Shown here: positions 48,199-59,080 of the stretch, in pieces
How the letters are laid out: each line of letters opens with the position of its first letter
How positions within the stretch are numbered: the first letter of the stretch is position 1
IMG/VR virus record: IMGVR_UViG_3300037400_006004
Coordinates: 32,001-96,000 of that record
Reading direction: 5' to 3' (one strand)
Source: a virus
Lineage: Duplodnaviria; Caudoviricetes
Length of the DNA stretch: 64,000 nt
Translations under genes and position numbers: made by a program
The notes under the pieces: model-generated
What the model was told of the DNA's origin: nothing
Database searches by the model: none
What the model saw: the letters and a program-made list of their open reading frames with translations, nothing else

Positions 48199-49818
48199 AT
48201 CTCTACCTCTAATAACCTTCTGCATTAAATTAGTTAATAGATGACTTAAATAAATCTTACAGAAGAATACACTCTTACTAATTTTACTAACACCATATAA
48301 ATCAGTGCTGCTAAGTTTAAGATGATGAATATACTGAGGTTCAATAAATGTCATCTTAACCTCTTTTTTAGTAATATATTCTTCATGTACTAATGTATAG
48401 ATAAGATCTTTAAACTCTTGATTTCTCATTAAGAAATCTTTATTAACTTTCTTTGAAATACCCTTAACAAAGATTTGAGAAATTAAAGCATACTTAGATT
48501 TAATTTGTGTCTGATCTCTATTTAAATAGTCATATCTTGAGTTAAATACATCATTAGATCCATAACCAAGACTATCAGATGTATTAATAGATGAACCAGT
48601 ATTACCACTTCTTAATGAGTTAGGATTAGAATTTCTCTGACCCTGTCTATCATGTTGAAGGTTAATATTATTCTTTTCAATATAAATATATCCAAGAATT
48701 TGTCCATCTAATTCAAGAACTACAATATTTTCAGGTGGTAATTTTTTAAAGATACTACCATTAAGTTGTAAATTTTTTAAATCTTTAGATTTTTCAGATT
48801 CTTTCTTTTTCTCAGAAAGAATATCAGTAGGATCTTTATAGAATTTAATATTATTATTAATAGAATCAATAATATCTTTCTTAGCTTGTTCTATAGTTTG
48901 TTTCTTTTCTTTAGCTCTATTTGATTCTTCATTTAAATAAAAATCTCCTTCAAATAGTGCTTTAAACTCAGCATCATCATCAAAATCCATAGATTCTTCA
49001 GTAATAGCTGTTCCATATTTATCTTCTTCAAAATCAAAAGATTCAGTAACACCGTCTTCTTTAAATATTTTAGTAAAACCAACATTATATGGCATTAATA
49101 AATAAAATAAATCACCTAACTGACAGCCTTCACGAATATCAGTTCTTATAATCTTTTTAAGATCATAAAGTTTTTCTAACTCTTGTAAATTATTAAAAAT
49201 ATATTTAGTCTCAGAATCTTCTTCTGAAGATATATTAGTATCATCATAAAAATAATTTAAAGATCTCTTAGTTAAATCATCAGGAGAAAGAATACAGTCT
49301 CTAAATAAATCAAGACATTTAGAAACTTCAGGAATATATGCGTCAATAAGTCTAAAGTCTTCATATTTAAAGAATCTATCTTTTTCTTCTAAAAAAAATT
49401 CACCATTAGAATTTTTTAATAATGACTCTAACTTTTTAATTCTTCCATTCTTACCATTAAACTTAGCTTTTTCAGCTGGATCATTAGATTTATTATCCAT
49501 TTCAACTCTATTTAAGAATTCCATTGGATTTGCACCGATTGTCGGCTTATATTTATTATTTATAGCTTCTAATCTTTTTTCTAATGCTAAAGTTGGATCA
49601 TTTTCAGTATTATTAATTTGATTTATAGTATTTTCATATCCACCAAATAAAGCAGAATTAATATTTTGATCTTGTGTAATTAAATTATCTTTTATTTTCT
49701 GCTGTTGTTTAGGTACTTTTGTAAATTTATTATTTCCTCCTAGTCTATTAAGAAAACCTCTTCTAGTTTTAATATCTTTTTCTAGCTGTTCAGATTGCTT
49801 TTTATCTTCATTAGCCAT
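48199..49818 (-). CDS. Portal protein, exon 1 (spliced product about 826 aa)
   Basis: IPEVSKCLDLFRDCILSPD, GDLFY, YGVSKI...KVIRGRD. Confidence 0.85.
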
Positions 49819-49875
49819 TATAATTCACCGTCCTTTATAAAAAAAAAAGAAGGCCAGATATTGGCCTTCTTAATT

Positions 49876-50643
49876 TTAAAAATCACATATCATAAAATGA
49901 TGTTCTATAGTATCATTGTTTTTAAGAAAAACTACAAGGTCTATATCAAAATAATTACCGCCCATAGCTTCATTAAGATAGATTTTAATAGGTGTATATT
50001 CTTTTACTGGACCTTTCTTTAATTCTTTAATTTTATAAGAGATACCATTAATAAACTTTTTGGTAATAAAGAACTCTAAATATGATTCAATTTCATCAAG
50101 GTTAACTTTATCTTTAATATAAATATTTTCATTATCAACATCTAAAATAAGATGTACTAGCTTTTTAGTATCAACATTTGCAATATTATTTATAATTTCT
50201 TCTGGGAAATTAAACTCACACATATAGTCATCACCGTCATAATGTCTTACATTTCCCATATACTCTTGCTCTTTATCAAGAATCTTAGAAAATAATTTTT
50301 CATTCTTTTTTAGCGAGAAAATACTACAATTGTTAGCATAAAAAACAATTGAGTTTTCATTAATATCAATCTTAGTAATACTATTTTTAACAGAAGACTC
50401 TTTAAAAACTTTAAAGAAATCACCAGAATCAACAGTTACATAAAATTCTCCTTTAAAAGGTTCTTTAAAATTATACTGAATAATTTCTGGAATACAATCT
50501 TCATCTGCATATAAAGCCATACCATGATTTAAGATATATACTGGAAAGAAGTTTGGTTCATCTTTATATATAGATTTCATTAATTGATTCACATCATATA
50601 ATTTTTTAATGAAATCTTTAACATCTTTTCCTGTTATCGTCAT
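49876..50643 (-). CDS. Hypothetical protein downstream of DNA polymerase
   Basis: SD GGAGGT; terminator 49847..49871. Confidence 0.65.
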   Translation of the reverse strand: MTITGKDVKDFIKKLYDVNQLMKSIYKDEPNFFPVYILNHGMALYADEDCIPEIIQYNFKEPFKGEFYVTVDSGDFFKVFKESSVKNSITKIDINENSIVFYANNCSIFSLKKNEKLFSKILDKEQEYMGNVRHYDGDDYMCEFNFPEEIINNIANVDTKKLVHLILDVDNENIYIKDKVNLDEIESYLEFFITKKFINGISYKIKELKKGPVKEYTPIKIYLNEAMGGNYFDIDLVVFLKNNDTIEHHFMICDF

Positions 50644-50722
50644 AAACATACCTCCAAAACAATTCATTAGGTTAATTATTTTAGCCTAGTTTACTCCTTT
50701 ATTTATTATATCATTTGTTTTA

Positions 50723-50748
50723 ACCCCTAAGACAGAAGTCTTAGGGGT
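50723..50748. terminator. Terminator
   Basis: acccctaagac/gtcttaggggt. Confidence 0.75.
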
Positions 50749-50757
50749 CTTTTTATT

Positions 50758-52566
50758 TTAAGCTTCTGCAAATAATTTATACATTTCTTCATAATCTGGA
50801 AGATTATGGAATTCATGACAGAAGCTAACAACATCTTCAGAAAGATACTTTTCCATAAAATCCTTAGTTATATCATCAATAATTTCTTCCTGAACTTGTT
50901 TACCATTTTTCATTACTGTAGTATATTCTCCAGTATGATTTTTAACGATAATTCTAAATTCAGCAGTAGAAGAAGAAATATTAAATGTAATAAGAATATT
51001 AGGATACATTGAACTTAAGTCTTCATCAATAACTAAATCGAAACACTTATTAGATGGTAAACCATTAATTGAACCTACTAAGTCAATTAACTCAGGAGGA
51101 GCAACATAAGCACCACTAATACCATTCTTATCAAAGAAGTGCATACTAGATCTATTATTTGAAATTGTATAACCCATTTCTCTATAGAATACATTTACAT
51201 AATTTCTAAGACAAACAGTTTTAGTTAAAGCTTTATTAGCTCTAGTATGAGTAAGTGTTACAATAGTATGAAGAAGATCTACGAAACCAGTATTTTTAAT
51301 AATTAATGCAAGAAGCATTGTATCAATACATCCATACTTAAAGAATAATGAATAATCATCTAAATGAGCAGTCTTAATACTTGTATCTTCTGCACTTAAA
51401 TCTTCTTTAGACATACCAGTCTCTTCTAGACCAATAGCATTAAGACTATAAGAGTCCTTCTTACCAAGAGGTCTAGTTATATTACCATATAAAGGTAACA
51501 TATCAAGCCAAACTGTATAACCATAAATATTGAAAATATCAGTTCTAGCAGTAAAATCGTTTTTAGCTCCTATTGAATCATCTTTAGCAATATATACTTG
51601 CTTAACTGGAAATTCTTTAGGACACATAATTTCAGAAACTTCATCATTAACATTTAAAGAATATACTTTTCCATTTTTAGGATTTCTGTCACTTATTGGA
51701 TTACCAGTTAAAATACAAATTCTATGATGTAATGTAATAATATCGAATTGAGCATTCCATGCTAAATTATAATCTGGTTTATCCTTATTAACTAAATCAA
51801 AGAAACCTGCAATAAGATTTAATTCATCATTATAAATTTTAGCTTTAATTTTAAAATCTTTAAAATATTGATTATATTTTTCTTTTACTTCTGCAACTTT
51901 CTGTTTAGCATATCTTTTAGTAAATTCTTCAAAAGTTTCAGTATCATATTTAAGCATAAATACTGTTAACGTATTAGTTTTATTATTATAATAAGTAATA
52001 AGGTTTACTGGGCATGGAGCTATATCTTCATCAGGAAATCCTGGATAATCTGCACCATCAACCTCAATATCAAATGAACCTATTGAAATACCATAGTTAT
52101 ATTTTTCCTGATTATTTTCTTGACAAAATAAATCTATATAATAATCGGTAATATTTGCATCAGTTCCATGAAATTCATTAAATAAATGCATTTCTCTTAA
52201 TTTTGATTTATTTTTCTTATTTTCTTCATAGAACTTTTTAGTATTGATTCTGTCAGTATGCTTATTCATTGAACTATATAAATCATTATACTTACAAGTT
52301 ACTTTTGTTACATCATCTAAAGAGATATAACGATATTCATAACCGGCTGGGTTATTTTTAGTTTTTGCATACTGAGCTTCAATATCCTTTGTTACATAGT
52401 ATGAAAAACTTGGGTCTTTAATATAAGTGAAATCTTTCTTTTGATTTTTATCTTTCCACACTAAAATAACTGAATCATTGTCTGCTACTTTTACTCCATT
52501 ATAATAATGATATGTGTATAAACAATTTACAAACATACATTCTTCTGGAAAAAGTCTTTTAGCCAT
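50758..52566 (-). CDS. Family B DNA polymerase, N-terminal part (exonuclease plus motif A) of a split enzyme
   Basis: ExoI FDIEVD, ExoII AWNAQFD, ExoIII YGCID, motif A DLSSMYPNI; motifs B and C absent; promoter 52591..52602. Confidence 0.85.
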   Translation of the reverse strand: MAKRLFPEECMFVNCLYTYHYYNGVKVADNDSVILVWKDKNQKKDFTYIKDPSFSYYVTKDIEAQYAKTKNNPAGYEYRYISLDDVTKVTCKYNDLYSSMNKHTDRINTKKFYEENKKNKSKLREMHLFNEFHGTDANITDYYIDLFCQENNQEKYNYGISIGSFDIEVDGADYPGFPDEDIAPCPVNLITYYNNKTNTLTVFMLKYDTETFEEFTKRYAKQKVAEVKEKYNQYFKDFKIKAKIYNDELNLIAGFFDLVNKDKPDYNLAWNAQFDIITLHHRICILTGNPISDRNPKNGKVYSLNVNDEVSEIMCPKEFPVKQVYIAKDDSIGAKNDFTARTDIFNIYGYTVWLDMLPLYGNITRPLGKKDSYSLNAIGLEETGMSKEDLSAEDTSIKTAHLDDYSLFFKYGCIDTMLLALIIKNTGFVDLLHTIVTLTHTRANKALTKTVCLRNYVNVFYREMGYTISNNRSSMHFFDKNGISGAYVAPPELIDLVGSINGLPSNKCFDLVIDEDLSSMYPNILITFNISSSTAEFRIIVKNHTGEYTTVMKNGKQVQEEIIDDITKDFMEKYLSEDVVSFCHEFHNLPDYEEMYKLFAEA

Positions 52567-52623
52567 AATTATTCCTCCTAAAATCGATTATACAAAAATG
52601 TTAGCTGGACTTTTAAAAAATGA

Positions 52624-52652
52624 ATGGAGAACAGATTCAATCTGTTCTCCAT
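52624..52652. terminator. Terminator after the RNAP operon
   Basis: atggagaacagat/atctgttctccat. Confidence 0.75.
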
Positions 52653-52659
52653 ATTTTTA

Positions 52660-54741
52660 TCATTCTTCAAAACCTTCTTCATCTTCCTCTGTATCAAGCT
52701 GCATACAATTAAGGAATGCTTTCAGGATCTTAGAATTCTCAGACCTTGTTTCAGAAGGTTCAATATTAAATCGATAAGGATTATCAAAGAGCTGAGTTTC
52801 AAGAAGTTTCATTCTCATCTCTTCATTATTGGCAAAAGCATCAAGATACTGTTTGTTTGTAAACATTGCTTTCTTATTTGCTGGATTTGCTAAAGCTAGA
52901 CCGATATTCTCCATTTCACCAATTTTAATAGCATTTGTAGAATAATCGGCTTTATACTGTTTATACTGGATAGACTTTACAGGGATATTCTTAATTGATA
53001 ACTGATCAACACTTCTTGCACTAAATTTAGATGCAGGAATATGCTTTAAAGTCATCATAAACTTTTCACCGAATATAACTGTATTTTGAATATCAGCAAG
53101 TTTAGTACGATCTACACCAGTATACTTATAAACTCTAGCAAGATCTTTAATATTTTTAGCTCCATTAAGAGGAGGCTGATGAATAGGAATACCATTTCTG
53201 ATAAATCCTTCTAGAAGAGCTTCTGTCTCTTCTTCATTAAGCGTTTTAAAGAATTTTCTGATATTATCAGATTCTTCTTTATCAATCTGATCAAGATAAT
53301 CAGTTAAATACTTGATTTGCTTTTTATTACTCCATTCTCCCCAATGGGATTCCATAATATAACGTATATATTTGGAATTATAATTTAATTCCATTTCAAT
53401 ACACTGTGCAGGATTAAGTCTATTTCCAACACCAAGAGGATTAAGAATCATATCAATTTGGAAGTTAACTACTGAATCTTCATCAACTTCACCTAAACCT
53501 GCAAAGTCAATTACCTTTGGCATTTCATCGTCTGGAAGAATCTTAGATACAACACCTTTATCTCCATAACGACCTGCAAGCTTACTTCCAATTACAAGAG
53601 GATGCTCTTCAAGAATATAGAACTTAAGCTTTAAGTGATCAAATAAGTTATCAGATACTAAGAATTTATTATTTGGATCTGTTAACTTACAATAATAGTT
53701 GTAAAGATCTACAAGATCAATACTTACTTTATTTTTCTTATCTGTAATAATCGGTTCTACATATTTAATAAACTTCTTATAGTATTTCTGCTGTTCAGTA
53801 TAATACTTTTTAATTTGTTTATTATATGTAGATTCAAGAACTTCGTCGGGATCATTTATATTTGAGATTACCTGAATGTCAACTACTTTACCATTTCCTC
53901 TATACTTAGCATCTTCAGAAATTAGATTGATGGTATCAGCAAGAGTAATAGGTGCAGTTTTATAATCTATACGTCTTGTGGCACAAAGTAATCCATCTTT
54001 ACACGTTTCCCCAATCTCTGGAAATCCTTTATAAAAATATTTAGTACCATACATATTGGTAAATATATCGTTTGTATTTAAGCTTACTTCAACAATCTTT
54101 ACTTCATAGTGACCCATTTTCTTGGCGGTACTTTCACTAATTACGATTGCATCTTCATTAGTTAAACCACCATAGGTTAAATAAACCACATTAAGATTTC
54201 TTCCATGAGTGAGATTCATTTCTTCATCTCTATTATTGTCTTTGAATAGTACAGTATCTTCTTCAAGGATGTCGCCTTTTTCAAGGCTATCGATAACAGC
54301 ATTATCATGCTTATAACCATACTTTTCAGTGAGATGAGTACATTCTACTCTCTGTACTACATGATATTCTCCTGGAAGAAACTTTGGCTTAATACCTTTC
54401 TTGAAGTCAGCATTCTCTTCAGGACTATTTTTAATCTTTCTAAGAATAAGATCATAATTATATTTATTCTTAACAATTTTAGAAAGAACTTTCCAAGTTC
54501 CTTTAAGTTCACAATAACCTGAAGAATACTTACCCCACTCATTCTCATAACCAGTAAATACTAAAGGTGCTTGTGGTTCAAGCACCTGTAGTCTCTGTTC
54601 AAGATGAGCAGTATCCATTTGGGCTCTATTTGCATCTGTTGAAGCAAGACCAGGAATCATACAAGTTGGTCCTAAGAAAGAATGACCGGTGGTATAATTC
54701 TTAGCTATATTTTCTACTAATTCGATTGGGTGCTTATTCAT
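52660..54741 (-). CDS. RNA polymerase beta-like subunit, C-terminal half (probably non-virion RNAP)
   Basis: DANRAQM, GRNLNV...NEDAIVISE, GSKLAGRYGDKGVVS, DMILNPLGV.NR, KIGEME. Confidence 0.92.
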   Translation of the reverse strand: MNKHPIELVENIAKNYTTGHSFLGPTCMIPGLASTDANRAQMDTAHLEQRLQVLEPQAPLVFTGYENEWGKYSSGYCELKGTWKVLSKIVKNKYNYDLILRKIKNSPEENADFKKGIKPKFLPGEYHVVQRVECTHLTEKYGYKHDNAVIDSLEKGDILEEDTVLFKDNNRDEEMNLTHGRNLNVVYLTYGGLTNEDAIVISESTAKKMGHYEVKIVEVSLNTNDIFTNMYGTKYFYKGFPEIGETCKDGLLCATRRIDYKTAPITLADTINLISEDAKYRGNGKVVDIQVISNINDPDEVLESTYNKQIKKYYTEQQKYYKKFIKYVEPIITDKKNKVSIDLVDLYNYYCKLTDPNNKFLVSDNLFDHLKLKFYILEEHPLVIGSKLAGRYGDKGVVSKILPDDEMPKVIDFAGLGEVDEDSVVNFQIDMILNPLGVGNRLNPAQCIEMELNYNSKYIRYIMESHWGEWSNKKQIKYLTDYLDQIDKEESDNIRKFFKTLNEEETEALLEGFIRNGIPIHQPPLNGAKNIKDLARVYKYTGVDRTKLADIQNTVIFGEKFMMTLKHIPASKFSARSVDQLSIKNIPVKSIQYKQYKADYSTNAIKIGEMENIGLALANPANKKAMFTNKQYLDAFANNEEMRMKLLETQLFDNPYRFNIEPSETRSENSKILKAFLNCMQLDTEEDEEGFEE

Positions 54742-54787
54742 AAATAAAATTCCTCCTATTGATATTCAAATAAATAATATTTATTTA

Positions 54788-56380
54788 TTAGAAAATGTCA
54801 GTGTATTCTTCTTCATCTTCTTCAAATTCCATTTCATCATAATCGACATTAGCCGTAACATCTTCATTGAGATCAAGGTCATAACCTTCACCATCAAAAC
54901 CAGATGAAATAATATTAGGCTCGTCAGTGAAATGCCAAGTATCGTTTACTGTTGCTCCAATTGTAAGAGCTCTTGTAGTACCTGGATCATTATTTGAAGT
55001 ATAAATGAGATCTACCTGACCAATCATAGAAGGATCAAGAGTCTTTCCTTTAATCTCTCCCCTAGCATTAGAAATGCTCTGATTTCCTGCAATTGTAATT
55101 TTCATTTTATTAAGAATGTCAAGACTATCTACATTATTCATATAACGTAAATTATCTGCATTCTTACCTTTTGTACTTTTCATTTTCTTAATAAGAAAAT
55201 CTGGCTGAATATTACTAAATAAACTTTCTAGGGTTTTAAGAGTAATATTTTTACCATTTAGAACTCTTAATACTCCTTCTGTCCACGTCTCAAGAAGTGG
55301 GAAAATAAAACACTCATTAAGACGCAGTCTCTTATTTGCTAAATCATCATTATTCTGAAGTAGCAGATTATTATAATTAATTAGAAACCATCTTAATAAT
55401 GTATAAATATTTTCTTTATCTGTGTCTGGAATACGAATGACTCTCTTAGTTGTATTATCTAAGAGTCTCTCGAATGATGCTTTTACTGAACGACCCTTAT
55501 TATCATAATTGGTCTGATTCTTAGTAAAATAACTACCAAGTTTTCTTACCCAATAATTAAGGTCGTCAACCTTATCCATAGATACTTTATCCTTCTTCTG
55601 AAATGCATTTACAAAAGTAAATGTCATCATTCTAGTTTGTGGACTGTCATCTACATATTCCTTTGGAACTTGTAGATAAATCATAGTACCTAATTTAAAT
55701 AGATAATCTTCTCCATGATAGTTCTCTGCTCTTTTCTTATCAATAATTTTAAAAATATCCTGAAGAGCAAAGAATTTTAATGTTTCTGTAATACCAAAAT
55801 TTGCAAAGAAATAAATAAAGATTGGAATTTTAGTATTAAAGATTTTACTATAAGTATAATAACCATCAATATTTTCTACTAAATTATCAGGCTTCATAGT
55901 AATATTCTTATGATTAACAACAATTGGCTGAAGGCTTGTTCTCATAGTTATACTCTGATTTGTCTTATAAGTCTCAGCATCAATAATCTGAAAGATTGGA
56001 TAGAATCTTACATTATCAATAAGATAATAACAACCATCAATAAGCTTTGGGAAATAAAGCTTCTTTTTAATAATCTTTTTATCACCATTCTTAGGATCTG
56101 TTAATTCAAATTCAATATCAATTTCAATTAATCTAGATCTTTCAAATGAGATATCAGTAATATCTGTTGATGGTTTATATAGAGATCTTTCATCTTTCTT
56201 AACAGCCTTAATGAATTTGATTCCTGGAATAGTCTCTAAGGATTGACATGCATCAATAATATGCTGAAGAATATCATCGTTATCTTTTAAATAAAAGATA
56301 TCTTTGTTAAACTTCTCTGGATTTGAATCATGTAACCCCTTAAGCATCTTGTTCCACATCTTATTATATAATTCTGGCAT
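54788..56380 (-). CDS. RNA polymerase beta-like subunit, N-terminal half
   Basis: PKLIDGCYYLIDNVRFYPIFQ, DLANKRLR, LDPSMIGQVDLIYTSNNDPG; early motif 56443..56456. Confidence 0.8.
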   Translation of the reverse strand: MPELYNKMWNKMLKGLHDSNPEKFNKDIFYLKDNDDILQHIIDACQSLETIPGIKFIKAVKKDERSLYKPSTDITDISFERSRLIEIDIEFELTDPKNGDKKIIKKKLYFPKLIDGCYYLIDNVRFYPIFQIIDAETYKTNQSITMRTSLQPIVVNHKNITMKPDNLVENIDGYYTYSKIFNTKIPIFIYFFANFGITETLKFFALQDIFKIIDKKRAENYHGEDYLFKLGTMIYLQVPKEYVDDSPQTRMMTFTFVNAFQKKDKVSMDKVDDLNYWVRKLGSYFTKNQTNYDNKGRSVKASFERLLDNTTKRVIRIPDTDKENIYTLLRWFLINYNNLLLQNNDDLANKRLRLNECFIFPLLETWTEGVLRVLNGKNITLKTLESLFSNIQPDFLIKKMKSTKGKNADNLRYMNNVDSLDILNKMKITIAGNQSISNARGEIKGKTLDPSMIGQVDLIYTSNNDPGTTRALTIGATVNDTWHFTDEPNIISSGFDGEGYDLDLNEDVTANVDYDEMEFEEDEEEYTDIF

Positions 56381-56486
56381 TATTACATTACTCCCTTTAT
56401 CCTAGATTTGTAAAACCAAAAATTTCATGGTTATACCTATTAATAATATATATTTTATTTTAAAAATTTAAATTTTAATAAATAAA

Positions 56487-56578
56487 TAATAATATATTAT
56501 ACCGTGTGAATGAAATTCTTTGGATGAACCTGTCAAATTTAAATTTAAATTCAAATTTTAAGTTCTAACATAAAGGTA
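56487..56578 (+). promoter_or_regulatory. Tandem early (56487..56500) and late (56567..56578) promoters of HU
   Basis: TAATAATATATTAT and AACAtaaaggTA. Confidence 0.5.
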
Positions 56579-56653
56579 TAAAAAAATTTTTGACTGAAAA
56601 GTCTGAAATTTAATTTTATTATTTAAAATTTATTTATAAAGGAGTAAACTATC

Positions 56654-57055
56654 ATGGCTACTAAGAAGATTATTAAGAAGGCTGCAACTGCAGCACCAAA
56701 GGCAGCAACTAAGACTACTGTTAAGGCAGTTGACAAGGCAAATATCACTAACGTTGAGGATTTCTATGGTCTTGTTAGAGATCAGTACAATGCAACTAAC
56801 GAGAAGAAGATTACTAAGGATGAAGTTAATAAGGTTATGACTGCATTCTCAGAGGCTTTCGGTAAGTTTGCAACTAATTCTGATGCTGATAAGGCTACTT
56901 GCATCCTTCCTGGAATTGGACGTTTCTCTGTTTTCGTTCAGAAGGAGAGAGATGGTGTAAATCCTAAGACTGGTGATAAGATTAAGATTGCTGCTAAGAA
57001 GAGAGTTTCTTTCAAGACTTTCCCAAGATTTTCTGATATTATCAATGGTAAGTAA
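56654..57055 (+). CDS. hup: HU-like DNA-binding protein
   Basis: LPGIGRFSV...RDGVNPKTGDKIKIAAKKRVSFK; Ala/Lys-rich N-terminal tail. Confidence 0.9.
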   Translation: MATKKIIKKAATAAPKAATKTTVKAVDKANITNVEDFYGLVRDQYNATNEKKITKDEVNKVMTAFSEAFGKFATNSDADKATCILPGIGRFSVFVQKERDGVNPKTGDKIKIAAKKRVSFKTFPRFSDIINGK

Positions 57056-57064
57056 TTGATAATT

Positions 57065-57096
57065 AAAACCCTTAAGGAAAAATCCTTAAGGGTTTT
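57065..57096. terminator. Terminator (CCTTAAGG family)
   Basis: aaaacccttaagga/tccttaagggtttt. Confidence 0.85.
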
Positions 57097-57148
57097 TTTT
57101 TTCATTAGCTAACAATCATTTATAAATATATAGAAAGGACTGATGAAG

Positions 57149-57550
57149 ATGACAAATGATTCTAAAAAAGATATATCCTTAAATAGATCTATAAAAATGT
57201 GGAATAATATTCCAATTGACAGTAGATTAGTTACTCCTTCATTAAATAAATTAGATGAAAATATAAATTTTCCTTATATTGGAATGATTTTTTATTCAGA
57301 ATTTGAAGACAGCTATTATAAAGTATTAACTCTTGAAGATGGTTATCGTGTTGGTAGAACTGGTGAAGTAGTTAGAATATCACAAGTTATAGATCCAGAT
57401 CCAAAATTAAAGATTACAGGATATTTTATTGGAAGTTACGAACATTGTTCTTTAAAAGAAAATACAAATTTAAATAATTATTATACTAAATCTGAAGTAG
57501 ATTCTAAAATTAATGAAATTAAAGAATTAATAAATTCATTATTACCATAA
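57149..57550 (+). CDS. Late protein, possible head/tail fibre-related
   Basis: PIDSRLV...YIGMIFY and NYYTKSEVD motifs; late promoter 57111..57122; terminator 57549..57589. Confidence 0.45.
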   Translation: MTNDSKKDISLNRSIKMWNNIPIDSRLVTPSLNKLDENINFPYIGMIFYSEFEDSYYKVLTLEDGYRVGRTGEVVRISQVIDPDPKLKITGYFIGSYEHCSLKENTNLNNYYTKSEVDSKINEIKELINSLLP

Positions 57551-57692
57551 TTATAAGACTAATGAGCTTATCTCATTAGTCTTATAATTTATTAAATTAA
57601 GAAAGCAAGTAAAATAATAAATTATAAATTCATCTTAAAAAAGTAAAAAAAAAATAAGGCTAAGAGATTAATCTCTTAGCCTTATCATACTA

Positions 57693-58790
57693 TTACTTTT
57701 TAGTAATAGTATGATTATAGAACTGTCCATGTTTCTTGATTGCAGAAACAATCATTCTACCTAACTTAATTCTGTCTTTTGGAACTTTTCTAAAGTTCTT
57801 CAGAACATAATCGATAAGAGCATCATCACCTGAAATTTCTACTGTATCTTTAGTAATATTATTGGTAACAACATATAAATCATTATTGTCTTTTCTGAGT
57901 TCGATGTTTGTCATATCTTCAAAAGAAATAGTTTTTGTTTTTTTAGCTCTATTTTCAAGAGCAATTTTAATTATATTTGGTAGAGTATATTTTCTTTTAC
58001 CAGCCATTCTAAGATTTCCTGTATGACCTCTGTTAATTACATTTTCATTTTTAAAAGCTAAAATATTGCCGTTGTTTATTATATGAGTTCTACTATCATT
58101 TAAAATATCTTCTAAACTATTAAACGTTAGATCAGTTTCATAACCATTAATAACTAATGCAAAATGTGTATCTCTATCGATTATACCATAAGAATTAACT
58201 TCTCTTCTACCAACTTTATAGGTAGTTAATAATTCAGAAGTTGTCAGCTTCTTTATGGTTTTTAAATTTATAAATTGTGTTAGTACTTTATGTTTAGATG
58301 TTTGCCTATTTGCTCGTTTAATATTTTTATGCTTATTTTTTGGGTCAGCTGGTTTATAACTATCGAGTTCCGTTTCAACAGTCACTTTATTTTCTTCTTT
58401 TTTATTATCATTAGTAGCTAATATTGGAACAGATACTTTTGAAAACCACCAATCAACGAACTGTCCATTAGTGCCTTCATCTGAAATGAAATGAGCATTA
58501 AAGATATATACACAAGAATCGTCTGACTCGTCGATAGAATCAATTACATCCTTATAAATATTGAGGTATGTAATTATTGGATTGTACGAATCTCTACATA
58601 CTCTCAGGATGTATTCCTCATTAAAATACTGAGGAAGCTCAGAAGCCTTAAATGCTTCTGAGCTATAGTATCTATCGAAAGCTTTTGGATCATCTTCTTT
58701 TCTTGGATACCTCTGTTTGAGAACCATTATCTTTCCAAGCTGAACGTCTCTGTCTGTCTTATTAATGAAGTTGTCCTTATTAAATTTCAT
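57693..58790 (-). CDS. Hypothetical early protein
   Basis: Start MKFNK after AAGGAGGT; terminator 57654..57685. Confidence 0.7.
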   Translation of the reverse strand: MKFNKDNFINKTDRDVQLGKIMVLKQRYPRKEDDPKAFDRYYSSEAFKASELPQYFNEEYILRVCRDSYNPIITYLNIYKDVIDSIDESDDSCVYIFNAHFISDEGTNGQFVDWWFSKVSVPILATNDNKKEENKVTVETELDSYKPADPKNKHKNIKRANRQTSKHKVLTQFINLKTIKKLTTSELLTTYKVGRREVNSYGIIDRDTHFALVINGYETDLTFNSLEDILNDSRTHIINNGNILAFKNENVINRGHTGNLRMAGKRKYTLPNIIKIALENRAKKTKTISFEDMTNIELRKDNNDLYVVTNNITKDTVEISGDDALIDYVLKNFRKVPKDRIKLGRMIVSAIKKHGQFYNHTITKK

Positions 58791-58807
58791 TTTATATACC
58801 TCCTTAT

Positions 58808-58900
58808 TTAATTCCACGTTGCAGTTAGAAGTGCATATAACAACACCGATAACGATAAAAATACGTAAAGAAATGCTTTAATTGTTTTAAGCTTTCTCAT
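58808..58900 (-). CDS. 30-aa membrane peptide (absent from ORF track)
   Basis: MRKLKTIKAFLYVFLSLSVLLYALLTATWN; SD AGGAGGTG. Confidence 0.6.
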   Translation of the reverse strand: MRKLKTIKAFLYVFLSLSVLLYALLTATWN

Positions 58901-58918
58901 ATAATCACCTCCTAATGT

Positions 58919-59080
58919 TTAAAGCTCATGACTGATGTCAATAATCTTATTATAAACAGAGCTAGTCATCGCATCAGAATTTTTGAGATGTCTTGCTCTA
59001 CGCTTATAATACTTTTTATAGATCTTCTTGCAGTTGAAGTGGCGGTCATCCTTTTTTGAAGTTCTATAAGATTTACTCAT
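58919..59080 (-). CDS. 53-aa basic protein (absent from ORF track)
   Basis: MSKSYRTSKKDD...KKYYKRRARH; SD AAGGAGGT; early motif 59114..59127. Confidence 0.7.
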   Translation of the reverse strand: MSKSYRTSKKDDRHFNCKKIYKKYYKRRARHLKNSDAMTSSVYNKIIDISHEL

